Shown piece after piece: positions 36,307 to 47,218 of a DNA stretch of 64,000 bases. The translations under genes and the position numbers were made by a program. The notes beneath the pieces are model-generated. The model made no database searches. It saw only the letters and a program-made list of their open reading frames with translations, and was not told where the DNA came from. Positions within the stretch are counted from its first letter, which is position 1. Each line of letters begins with the position of its first letter. Origin of the DNA: an uncultured Candidatus Rokubacteria bacterium (GTDB lineage: Bacteria; Methylomirabilota; Methylomirabilia; Rokubacteriales; DASRDR01); assembly GCA_963805625.1 (NCBI GenBank), contig CAWDVE010000010.1, forward strand, positions 64,001-128,000. Direction: 5' to 3'.

Positions 36307-37091
36307 GGACCCTCTCTGCCTTTATAAATAATTTCTCCCACCTCGCGTGTTCGTATCCTGACCTTTCTTCCTAGTTTGTCCGCAATTCGTTTAATCTCAT
36401 CTAATGTCAGCGGATGATAATTTTCCTGGAGTTGCCGCTTCTTTTCCCTGTATTCCCCTTCCGTCATATTCAGGGGGGGAGTTGTCAGCCGTAACATTTT
36501 GTGTTCACCCTGCTGGAGGACAAGAGGCACCTTACCAATGAGTTCCGAAATTTCTTCAATATATTCTTCGTTTTCGTAAAAAATGGTAATTACAACCTCG
36601 AATTCCGCAAGAATATTTCTGGCGTAAGCATTTTTACAAAGATTAAAAGATTTACGGACATTTCTCTCGTAATTTTCAAAATTAAAACCGCTTTCCTGGT
36701 GACCTGAATATCCTTCAAAGCGCGACTTGAAGTCCAGTGCAACTTTATCAACCAGTCGTTCTTCAAGTAACTGACCCAGCGTGTCAGGAAACAGGCCATT
36801 TGTCTGAATACCGACATCAAGGTTAATCCCTTTTGAATACCGGGCTAATTCCATCAGAGCTTCCCGTTGCCTTGTTGGTTCCCCTCCGGAAAACATAACG
36901 CCGCTGATATAGGGTGACGAAGATGTAATCATCTCTTTGATCTCTTCCAGATCCCGAAAATCTTCCCCGGTAAGAATACCTTCGTTCTGGCAATAGGAAC
37001 AGCGTATCGGGCAACCGCGGAAAAAAACTGTACAGACCGCACGCCCTCTCCAGTCTATCGTTGAGAGAGGGATAAAGCCCCCGAAATTCAT
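36303..37091 (-). CDS. Anaerobic ribonucleotide-reductase-activating radical SAM protein (NrdG-like)
   Basis: GCPIRCSYCQN (CxxxCxxC), SGGEPT and QTNG motifs. Confidence 0.85.
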   Translation of the reverse strand: MNFGGFIPLSTIDWRGRAVCTVFFRGCPIRCSYCQNEGILTGEDFRDLEEIKEMITSSSPYISGVMFSGGEPTRQREALMELARYSKGINLDVGIQTNGLFPDTLGQLLEERLVDKVALDFKSRFEGYSGHQESGFNFENYERNVRKSFNLCKNAYARNILAEFEVVITIFYENEEYIEEISELIGKVPLVLQQGEHKMLRLTTPPLNMTEGEYREKKRQLQENYHPLTLDEIKRIADKLGRKVRIRTREVGEIIYKGREGP

Positions 37092-37234
37092 GTGAATGGT
37101 CCATCACCGTGCCGTTTCTATCGAGAGATTATATGGAGCAATGCCGGGTAGTGTATCGCTCTCTACAATTATGACTACCATCCCATAATGCTGGCGATAC
37201 AGCATAGGGAACAGAACCAGAAAAAAAGTATTGA

Positions 37235-38513
37235 TCAAAACTGGAAATGCCGGTTGACGATCTTGATCGCACAGTAATCCCCGCACATGGTGCAGGCATC
37301 GGTATCTGCCGGCATCCGTTCTCTTCCGGATCGCCCGTGCACGGGGAGGGTTGATGGCAACGGCAAACTGGCGTTCCCAGTCAAGGTCGCGGCGGGCATG
37401 TCCCATTTCGAGGTCTGCCTGGCGGGTCTTTTTGAGCTTGATCATATCCCCGACATGAGCAGCAATTCGTGAGCTGATAACGCCTTCATAGACCTCGGCC
37501 GGAGTCGGGAGTGCGAGATGTTCCGCCGGTGTCACATAACAGATAAAATCAGCCCCCAGTGAGGAGGAGATTGCGGCACCGATGGCAGCTACACGGTCGT
37601 CATACCCGGGGGCGATGTCCGTGACGATGGGGCCGAGCATGTAGAACGGTTTGTTGTTGGTCACACGTTTCATGAGCATGACATTTGCGGCAATTTCATC
37701 GATGGGCACGTGCCCGGGTCCTTCAACAATCACCTGCACGCCCTCTTTATGTGCCTTGTCGGCCAGCTCCGCATTGATGAGAAGCTCCTGGACGGCTGCA
37801 CGGTCGGTGGCATCATGGACAGCGCCTGCCCGCATGCCGTTTCCCATCGAGAGTGTTACCTCGTGTTCCTTCATGATCTCGAGCAGGTAATCGAATTCGG
37901 AATACAGGGGGTTCTCTTTTTCATTGTGGAGCATCCACGCGGTCATGAATGCCCCGCCACGGGAGACCAGTCCCGCATGCCGGCCCTGGTTTTTGAGACG
38001 CTTGACGGTCTCAAAGTTGATACCGGTGTGGATTGCCATGAAGTTGGTGCCCAGTTTTGCCTGTTCGGCCGTAATCCGGAACAGGTCGTCTTCCTTCATG
38101 TTGACGACAGCACCATCTTTCTGTGCCGCTTCAATGAATGCCTGGTAGAGGGGAACGCAGCCGACAGAAAGTTTTGTGCTGGCAATGACCTGTTTCCGGA
38201 TCTCGATGAAATCACCGCCGGTCGAAAGTTCCATCAGGGTATCGGCCCCGGCAAGTTCTGCCTGCCGCGCCTTTTCCAGTTCCTGGGGGATATCAACAAT
38301 ATCCGTTGAGGTGCCTATGGATGCGTTGACCTTCGTGCGCAGTCCTTCGCCAATGCCGCATATCTTGACCTTCCGATAAGGAGAAACGGGGATGACGATG
38401 TGTCCTTCTGCCACTCCGCGCCGGACAAAGTCTTCTGTAACTCCTTCCTGCGCTGCAACGATCTTCATCTCTTCTGTGACGATACCATTCCTGGCATCTG
38501 TAACAATACTCAT
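37235..38513 (-). CDS. thiC: Phosphomethylpyrimidine synthase ThiC (or BzaF-like paralog); frameshift near the 3' end
   Basis: [39 protein letters not shown]; the C-terminal CTMCGDYC Fe-S motif lies in another frame after ~37320 and ends at the stop at 37235. Confidence 0.88.
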
Positions 38514-38835
38514 ACCATACCCGTTGCCATAAAGACAAGATAAAGGCTCGGTTTTTTAATTCTGAACTAAATCTGGCTTGTTATGGAAACAAGTAAAGTT
38601 GAGTTGTGCTAAGTAAAAAAATATTTGTATCCTGATGGATTTTTGTTTACACGATCAGAAATCTACCATGAAATGTGTTCTCCATCCGGGTTACAGGCAA
38701 AGACGCAGACATACCCCGGAAGCATATTAACCACCATGCGGCTAAAGGAAAGTGTAAGTGCAAAGACCTTGCCGTGGTCTGAACTATCCCTATGGCACCT
38801 GCAGAATCCCCACGTTTGTAAAGAGATTGTAGCGG

Positions 38836-40837
38836 TTGCCGGAAGGCGGTACCGTGGTGGCAAAGGACTCGTGGAACTGGGAAGACATCCGTGCCCGTGC
38901 CCGGCACGCAATTATTGGCGCGAAAAAAAACGTTGAAGATCCCGGCATATTTCACAAGATTGCACTCTTCCCTCTCCTGGCCTGGATTGGTTTGGGGGCT
39001 GACGGAGTTTCATCCTCGTCATACGGACCTTCGGAGGCCTTCGTCGCCCTTGGTGATTACACCTATCTTGCGGTATTTCTTGGTCTGGGAACCGCTCTTA
39101 CCGTCTTCATCATCTCGTATGCGTACAGCCGTATTATCGAACATTTTCCCAGCGGCGGTGGCGGGTACATTGTCGCCAACCATACCATCGGTGAGCGTGC
39201 GGGGGTTGTCTCGGGCAGTGCCCTTCTGATCGATTATATGCTGACGATTACGGTCTCAATCGCAGCATGTGCTGAAGCAATTTTTTCTTTCCTGCCGTAT
39301 TCGTTCCAGCCGTACAAACTCATGGTTGCCTGCCTGCTCATCCTTATCCTGATTGAGATGAACCTGCGGGGAGTAAAAGAGTCGGTCACGGTACTCGCAC
39401 CAATCTTTCTTGTTTTCATCGGGGCACATGCCCTGCTGCTGGGCTATGGAATTTTTGCCCATGCCCCGCAGATTGCCCCGGTTGCTGTCGGGATACAGGC
39501 AGGACTTTCCCGCGATATTGCAGCGATCGGTTTTATCGGTGTGCTGGCAATTTTCCTGCGGGCATATTCACTGGGTGGTGGCACCTATACCGGGATTGAA
39601 GCAGTCGCCAACGGCATGCAGATTATGCGCGAGCCCCGGGTGAAGACCGGGAAGCGGACAATGCTCTACATGGCCATCTCCCTTGCCGTCCTTTCCTCAG
39701 GCCTCTTTGCCTGCTACCTCCTCTGGAATGTCCGCCCTGTCCCGGGCCAGACCCTGAATGCAGTACTCGCGAACAGCATTTTCAGCGGCTGGCCTTTGGG
39801 TGGGCTCATCGCCCTCATCACCATCTTTTCCGAAGCCGCCCTGCTGTTTGTGGCAGCCCAGACCGGGTTCATCGACGGCCCCCGGGTCATGGCAAATATG
39901 GCAATCGATTCATGGCTCCCCCGCTCGTTCGCGCTGCTGTCGGAGCGCCTCACGATGACCAACGGTATCCTGCTCATGGGGGGGTCAGCACTCTTTGTCA
40001 TGATTTTCACCCGGGGATCTGTCCTCATCCTGGTCACGATGTATGCGATCAACGTGTTTCTCACCTTCTCTATCTCGGAGTTCGGTATGTCCCGGTTTTT
40101 CTACAGGAACCGGGCAACAGAGAAGGACTGGAAGCGCCACATCCCCATCCATCTCATCGGTCTTGTATTGTGCAGCACCATCCTTGCCATCACCCTTTTT
40201 GAGAAGCTGGGTCAGGGAGGGTGGCTCACCCTCATGCTGACATCAGCACTTGTCGGGTCTCTGTTTCCTGATCCATGGGCATTATCAGCGGGTAACAAAA
40301 GGACTGAGGAAACTGGACTCACTTCTGGAAGTAATACCCGCGACCGGGGTAAAGAACACAAATCCTGTCAATCCCCATAAAATGACTGCGGTACAACTCG
40401 TTACCGGGTTTCATGGTTTTGGCGTCAATACGTTTTATTCGGTACTGAAAAATTTTCCGGGCGTATATGAAAATTTCATCTTTGTCTCAATTGCCGTCGT
40501 GGATTCCGGAACATTCAAAGGAACTGCGGAATTAAAGGCCCTTTCAGAATCAACAAGGAATTCACTTATCAGATACGTCGATCTTGCCAGGGAGATGGGT
40601 TTTACTGCCGACTACCGGATGGATATCGGCACTGATGTGGTAGAAACGGCAGTGCCGCTCTGTAAAAATATCGCACAGGAATTCCCGAATTCGACTTTCT
40701 TTACCGGGCAGATCGTGTTCCGTCATGAAAATCCCTTCCAGAAGATACTGCATAACGAGACCGCCTTTGCGATCCAGCGACGGTTGCAGTACAGCGGGAT
40801 TACGACGGTCATTATGCCGGTCCGTGCGGAAAAATAA
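38836..40837 (+). CDS. APC-superfamily transporter, KimA/YdaO-like (probable K+ importer); frameshift near 40260
   Basis: DGVSSSSYGP, PSGGGGY, ALLIDYMLT, TGIEAVANG and YAINVFLTF motifs; ORF 40250-40837 supplies the cytoplasmic C-terminal domain (ILHNETA). Confidence 0.82.
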
Positions 40838-40844
40838 ATTTTTT

Positions 40845-41294
40845 GGCTCTGTTGAAACCGAAATTTCAACAAATGACGAATCACCTGGTATCGAGGGACA
40901 GTGCCTGTCCCCCCGAACCGCCCCTGCGCTTGCGATGGTGTTGTATTACCTTCTCGGAATTATCGCTCCAGAGGGATGCCACATCGCGGGGCGGAGGCAT
41001 TACTGCCGTAGCCCAAAAAGGAGCGTTGAGAAAAATATTGTGAGGATTTCCCGTGAAAATTGAATTAAACAGACGTGCGTAGTGGAATGTTTATACTCTT
41101 AGTTTTTGCGATGAACCCCCGCCCCCGACGGGGCGCCCCCGCGGCGGATTAGTAACCGTAAGTATATTTGCAAACACCGCACTGCCCCGCCGTGCCTCGG
41201 AAGGCCTGAGGCGGGGGATCCTCCTGAAATTGCATGGTTTAATGATTTTCATGATTCGGGTGCGAACTCCGTTCATGCCCGTTTCAACAGAGCC
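40845..41294 (+). mobile_element. Complete 450-bp MITE-like element with perfect 14-bp TIRs
   Basis: GGCTCTGTTGAAAC (40845-40858) / GTTTCAACAGAGCC (41281-41294); module C 40854-41050 and doublet core 41110-41220; no coding capacity. Confidence 0.9.
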
Positions 41295-41363
41295 AATTTT
41301 ATACAAGAACAAAGGCAGTTGCAGACCGTAGTGTAATCCTGATGAAACACCCCTGCCAGTGTT

Positions 41364-41733
41364 TTACCCTTTATACCGGTAGTATTTTTTCAGGGGTAAA
41401 TCCCTTGAATATATTTCATCAAAAAGAGAGTCATGCATCCAGTCCGTTGTTTCACCGGTAGATGACAGTGTCGTATAATGTCCGGATTCTATCTTTGTCC
41501 ATGTGCCATTATCAATCATTTGTTCGCGGTTTAAATAGAAATTTACGGAAACAAATGTCTGATTCTCATAAAAAATGATATGCAGGTCAGAGGCCGGCGG
41601 CTCCCCTCCAATCCACTGGCCGATAATGGGATCGGGAGTGTTACTAAGAATATGCATGCCCGGGCAACTGGGTGCACCCGGCTGTCATGATACAACAGAA
41701 GACTATTACGGCAATGAGATCCCGTGATCTCAT
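41364..41733 (-). CDS. Small exported/lipoprotein, apparent frameshift near 41660
   Basis: MRSRDLIAVIVFCCIMTAGC signal from 41733 joins ORF 41364-41657 (DPIIGQW..GTW). Confidence 0.55.
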
Positions 41734-41890
41734 AGTTGACAATACATCTGTCTGACACGTTTAAGTTTTCCCTGGTTTACCCGACCAAGTGGCAGTAAAA
41801 ACGACACTTTTATGATACAATTACCCTATTGCAATTAAGTATTTGCGGAAGAGAAATGACAGCATGAGCAGGTATCAAATTCACATAAAT

Positions 41891-41926
41891 TTTTATACTC
41901 TACAACACTAACTTATGGTAAATTAT
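41891..41926 (+). promoter_or_regulatory. TATA box plus candidate heat-shock operator upstream of cdc48
   Basis: TTTTATAC-N9-CTAACTTATGGTAAATTAT; the same arrangement recurs at 44382-44417. Confidence 0.6.
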
Positions 41927-41947
41927 GAGCATAAGGAAGAATTTACG

Positions 41948-44337
41948 ATGACAGAAAAGGATTTCACAGAAGTAACGGTAAAGGAGGCGTCACACGAGGA
42001 TGCGGGGCGGGGGATAGCACGGGTCAGTATCGAGGTGATGAAAAAACTCGGGCTTGTCTCGGGAGATGTAATCGAGATCCTGGGCAAGAAGAAGGCGGCT
42101 GCCATTGTCTGGCCGGGTTTCCAGCATGATGCAGGTTACAGTATTCTTCGTATTGACGGGAATATCCGGAGCAACCTGAGTACCGGGATTGATGAAAAAG
42201 TCAGGATACGGAAATCCGAGGCCGAGTATGCGAAGAGAGTCGTGATCCAGCCTACCCAGCCCATCCGGCTGGTCGGTGGGGAACAGTACCTGTCGCGTCT
42301 CTTACGGGGCCGGGCGGTGTTTGAGGGCCAGACCCAGCGGATAGATGTGATAGGGAATTCCATCACGCTGGTAATTGCCAAGGTCCTGCCCAAAGGGATT
42401 GCCATTGTCACCGATGATACCGAGATTGAATTAAAAGAGGAACCCTACAAGGCCGAAGAAGGAAAAAAAGAGGCCTCGGACATCCACTATGAGGATATCG
42501 GTGGTCTCGGTCGCGAACTTCAGCTTGTCCGGGAGATGATCGAGCTCCCGCTCCGTCACCCGGAGATCTTTGAACGGCTGGGGATTCAGCCCCCGAAAGG
42601 TGTACTCCTGTACGGTCCTCCGGGACCGGCAAGACCCTGATCGCAAAAGCGGTCGCAAACGAGGTGGATGCTCATTTCATCTCACTCTCCGGCCCGGAGA
42701 TCATGAGCAAATATTACGGGGAGAGCGAGAAAGGGTTACGGGGAAAATTTGAAGAAGCCGAGCAGAATGCGCCTGCAATCATCTTTATCGACGAGATCGA
42801 TTCAATTGCCCCCAAACGGGCGGAAGTCCAGGGCGAGGTTGAACGTCGTGTGGTTGCCCAGCTCCTCTCGCTGATGGACGGTCTCAAAGGGCGGGGACAG
42901 GTCATTGTCATAGCGGCGACAAACCTGCCGGACTCCATCGATCCTGCACTCCGGCGGGGAGGGCGTTTTGACCGGGAGATCGAGATCGGCATTCCTGACA
43001 AGAAAGGACGGCTGGAGATCTTCCAGGTTCATTCCCGGGGCGTACCGCTGGCAGATGATGTCAGGCTCGACGAGTTTGCCAATTCGACACACGGTTTTGT
43101 CGGTGCGGATGTCGCCCTGCTTGTCAAGGAAGCCGCAATGCATGCGCTGCGAAAGGTCATTCCCCAGATCAAGCTGGACGAGGATATCCCGAATGAAGTG
43201 CTCGACCAGCTCAAAGTGACCAACGAGGACTTTGCAGAAGCCCGCAAACATGTCGAACCAAGTGCAATGCGTGAGGTGCTTATCGAAGTTCCCGATATAA
43301 CCTGGAAACAGGTCGGGGGCCTTGAGGATGTCAAACAGGAACTCAGGGAGGCGGTGGAGTGGCCGCTGAAATTCCCGGACGTGTTCGAACGGCTCCTGAC
43401 AAAACCCCCAAAAGGCATCCTGCTCTTCGGTCCTCCGGGTACCGGAAAAACCCTGCTTGCAAAGGCAGTGGCAAACGAGAGCGAGTGTAACTTCATCGCG
43501 GTGAAGGGGCCCGAACTCCTCTCGAAATGGGTCGGGGAGTCGGAAAAAGGCGTGCGTGAGATCTTCCGCAAGGCACGGCAGGCATCCCCGTCGATCATCT
43601 TCTTTGACGAGATCGACGCCCTCGTGCCCAAACGCGGGAGTTCCCTTGGATCATCCCATGTTACGGAGAGCGTGGTAAGCCAGATCCTGACCGAACTTGA
43701 CGGTATGGAGGAACTCAGAAATGTGACCGTACTTGCCGCGACCAACCGCCCGGACATGCTGGACGAAGCCCTGCTGCGCCCGGGACGCCTTGAACGTCAT
43801 ATCTATGTGCCGGCACCGGATGAAGAGAGCCGCAGGAAGATCTTTGAAGTCTATCTTGGCGGGGAGACCGGCGATATCCTGGCAAAAGATGTTGATATCG
43901 AAGCGCTGGTCCGGGAAACTGAAGGATATGTCGGGGCAGATATTGAGGCACTGGTCCGGGAAGCAAAGATGGCTGCGATGCGTGATTTCATCGTCCTGAT
44001 GGGTATAAGCACCGAGCAGGAGCGCAAAGACGCGATCAGAAATGTGATGGTTACCCGTGCTCACTTTGAAGCCGCGCTGATGAAAGTTAGGGGATCGCTT
44101 GACCGGGATGCCCTGCAGAAATCCGAGATACAGGCATGGGAGATGCTCTATAACCAGGACCAGCGCACGATTCTCACCAGAGCGCTGGCTGCAATAAACC
44201 GTGCTGCCGCATCATCCAAAAAGATTGATGAAACGCTGGTAAACGATCTCCGGAAGGCGGTATTCCAGCGGAAAAAGGATTTTACCGAGATCACAAAACT
44301 GACGGATATCCTCGAAAAGAAGATGGACAGAAAATAA
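41948..44337 (+). CDS. cdc48: CDC48/VAT AAA+ ATPase; frameshift in the first Walker A (~42625)
   Basis: N-domain (DAGRGIARV), [11 protein letters not shown][T][15 protein letters not shown], second module GPPGTGKT / FFDEID / LLRPGR. Confidence 0.93.
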
Positions 44338-44381
44338 AATCCATAGATACCAGATTTTTTTATTGGTATCAAACAACTAAT

Positions 44382-44417
44382 TTATATACTATTTTATGCT
44401 AACTTAAGGTAAATCAT
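44382..44417 (+). promoter_or_regulatory. TATA box plus candidate heat-shock operator upstream of the clpB unit
   Basis: TTATATAC-N9-CTAACTTAAGGTAAATCAT, a 17/19 match to the cdc48 site at identical spacing from the TATA box. Confidence 0.6.
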
Positions 44418-44418
44418 A

Positions 44419-44607
44419 ATGGTGAATCAGGATAGTGATGATCACACTCACGACAATGGTCAGGGTGTTGATCAACTGATCTCTGACGCCCTGGTGCGAT
44501 ACTTTGCCGGAGCACAAAAAAGATGGATCGTTTCACCAGACCCTTCACCTGTTCCACCAAAAATACCTGTAGCGAATGATGAACAACGAAAAAAACCAAT
44601 ATCATGA
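44419..44607 (+). CDS. Possible 62-aa leader ORF translationally coupled to clpB
   Basis: Starts just after the promoter motif; its TGA overlaps the clpB ATG (ATGA at 44604-44607). No recognisable domain. Confidence 0.35.
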   Translation: MVNQDSDDHTHDNGQGVDQLISDALVRYFAGAQKRWIVSPDPSPVPPKIPVANDEQRKKPIS

Positions 44608-47196
44608 ATTTCAACAATTTCACCATCAAATCACAGGAAGCCGTTCAGAAAGCAATGGAAATTGCAGCGGCAAAACAGAACCAGGCCATCGAGACTTCGC
44701 ATGTACTCAAAGGGATGCTTCTGGTTGACGAGAATGTCATTCCTTACCTCCTGAAGAAACTGAATGTGAACCTTGATACTTTCACCCCTGCACTCGACAG
44801 GATCCTCGATTCTTATCCCAAAGTCAGCGGCGGGGAGCAGTACCTCTCAAATGATGCCACAAAAGCCCTGCAGAAAGCCACCGCACTTTCCCAGGAATTC
44901 AAGGATGAATTTGTCTCCCTGGAGCATCTTCTCCTGGGAATTCTTTCGGTGAACGACAGCACCTCCCGGCTGCTGAAGGAGAACGGGGTTACGGAAAAAG
45001 ACCTGAAAACTGCCATCCGCCAGTTGCGGAAAGGTTAGACCGTGAACAGCCAGAACGCAGAAGAGACCTATAATTCCCTGAATAAATATGCCCGGAACCT
45101 GAATGATCTTGCCCGGACCGGGAAACTCGATCCGGTCATCGGTCGTGACGAAGAGATCCGCAGGGTGCTGCAGATCCTTTCGAGAAGAACGAAAAACAAC
45201 CCGATCCTCATCGGGGAACCCGGCGTGGGAAAAACAGCCATTGCCGAAGGTCTTGCCCACCGGATCATTGACGGGGATGTACCGGATAACCTGAAAACCA
45301 AGCAGACTCTATTCCCTCGATATGGGAGCCCTGATCGCCGGGGCTAAATTCAAGGGAGAATTTGAAGAACGGTTGAAAAGCGTGATTAAGGAAGTGATAT
45401 CTGCCGAAGGGGAGATCATCCTTTTCATTGACGAGATTCATACCCTGGTCGGGGCCGGTGCCAGCGAAGGCGCAATGGACGCTGCCAATATCCTCAAACC
45501 CGCGCTTTCACGGGGAGAACTGCATGTCATTGGTGCAACTACCCTGAAGGAATACCAGAAATATTTTGAAAAGGACAAGGCGCTCGAGCGACGTTTCCAG
45601 CCGGTGATGGTGAATGAACCGGATACGCTGGATGCCATTTCCATCCTCCGCGGAATCAAGGAGAAATACGAAACCCATCACCATGTGAGGATCAAGGATG
45701 AGGCTATCATTGCCGCCGTTGAACTTTCGCAACGATATATCTCCGACCGTTTCCTTCCCGACAAGGCTATCGACCTGATCGACGAGGCTGCATCAAAACT
45801 CCGCCTTGAGATCAACTCGAAACCGGAAGAACTGGAAATGATTGAACGCAAGATCCGCCAGCTGGAAATCGAACGGGAAGCCATCAAACGGGAGAAAGAC
45901 CAGGGAAAGCTGAAGATCCTGAATGAAGAGATCGGGAACCTGACCGAGGAACGAAACCGGTTGAAGGCAAAGTGGCAATCGGAGAAAGATCTTGTTGAAC
46001 AGATCCAGTCGCGGAAAAATGAGATCGAGAACCTGAAATTCGAGGCCGAAGGTGCCCTGCGCAGCGGCGACCTCGAAAAGGTGGCAGAGATCCGCTATAA
46101 AGATATCCCGGAGATCGAAAAGACCATCGAGGGACTGAAGGAAAAACTGACCGTGCTGCAAAAGGATTCCGCGATGGTGAACGAGGAGGTGGATGCAGAG
46201 GAAATTGCCGAAGTGGTTTCGCGCTGGACCGGAATTCCTGTGAGCAGGATGCTGCAGAGTGAAAAACAAAAACTGCTGAGCCTCGAGGCCGAACTCCACA
46301 AGCGTGTCGTGGGCCAGGATGAAGCCATCGGGGCAGTCTCCGATGCAATCCGCCGGAGCCGTGCAGGGTTGCAGGACACAAAACGTCCGATCGGATCCTT
46401 CATCTTCCTGGGGACGACCGGGGTAGGAAAGACCGAACTGGCAAAAGCCCTGGCAGAATTCCTGTTCAACAACGAGAACAGCATGGTGCGGATCGATATG
46501 TCGGAATACCAGGAACGGCATACCGTTTCGAGGCTTATCGGAGCGCCTCCGGGCTATGTAGGATATGAGGAAAGCGGGCAGCTGACAGAAGCTGTCCGGA
46601 GAAAGCCCTATTCCGTGGTATTGCTGGATGAGATCGAAAAAGCCCACCCGGATGTGTTCAACATCCTGCTGCAGGTTCTTGACGACGGCCGTCTGACAGA
46701 CAACAAGGGCCGTACGGTGGATTTCAAGAATACCATTATCATCATGACATCGAACATCGGTTCACACATCATCCAGGAAAACCTGGAGAATATCACCGAC
46801 AGAAACCGGGACGAGGTATTCGACCGCACCCGGCAACAGGTGTTCGAACTGCTGAAAAAGACCATCCGTCCCGAATTCCTCAACCGGATCGATGAGATCA
46901 TCATGTTCAAACCGCTCACGAAGGATGAGATCCAGACGGTTGTCGAGATTCAACTGGGAACCATCCAGAAAATGCTCGGGAAGAACGATATCCGGCTCAC
47001 GGCAACAAAGAAAGCCATCCAGTTCATCGCAACCCAGGGCTTTGACCCGCAATTCGGTGCACGGCCGATCAAACGTGTGATCCAGAAAAACCTGCTGAAT
47101 GAATTGTCAAAAATGATCCTGGAAGGAAAAGTGAATAAAGACAAGGAGATCGTGGTTGATGAGAAAGACGGAAATCTGATGTTCAGGAATACCTGA
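44604..47196 (+). CDS. clpB: ClpB disaggregase; in-frame TAG at 45036-45038 and frameshift near 45310
   Basis: Clp N-domain, [29 protein letters not shown], coiled-coil M domain, [25 protein letters not shown] and GARPIKR motifs. Confidence 0.93.
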
Positions 47197-47218
47197 TCCT
47201 GAACGGTTGGCTTTTTTT

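Noticed and set aside
37104-37234. C-terminal extension of ThiC in the ORF track
   Set aside because: Result of a frameshift near 37320; the true CxxCxxxC end is in another frame and stops at 37235.
38520-38835. TPP or c-di-AMP (ydaO) riboswitch between thiC and the KimA-like gene
   Set aside because: No recognisable conserved riboswitch core by eye; the region is AT-rich and promoter-like. An Infernal/Rfam scan would settle it.
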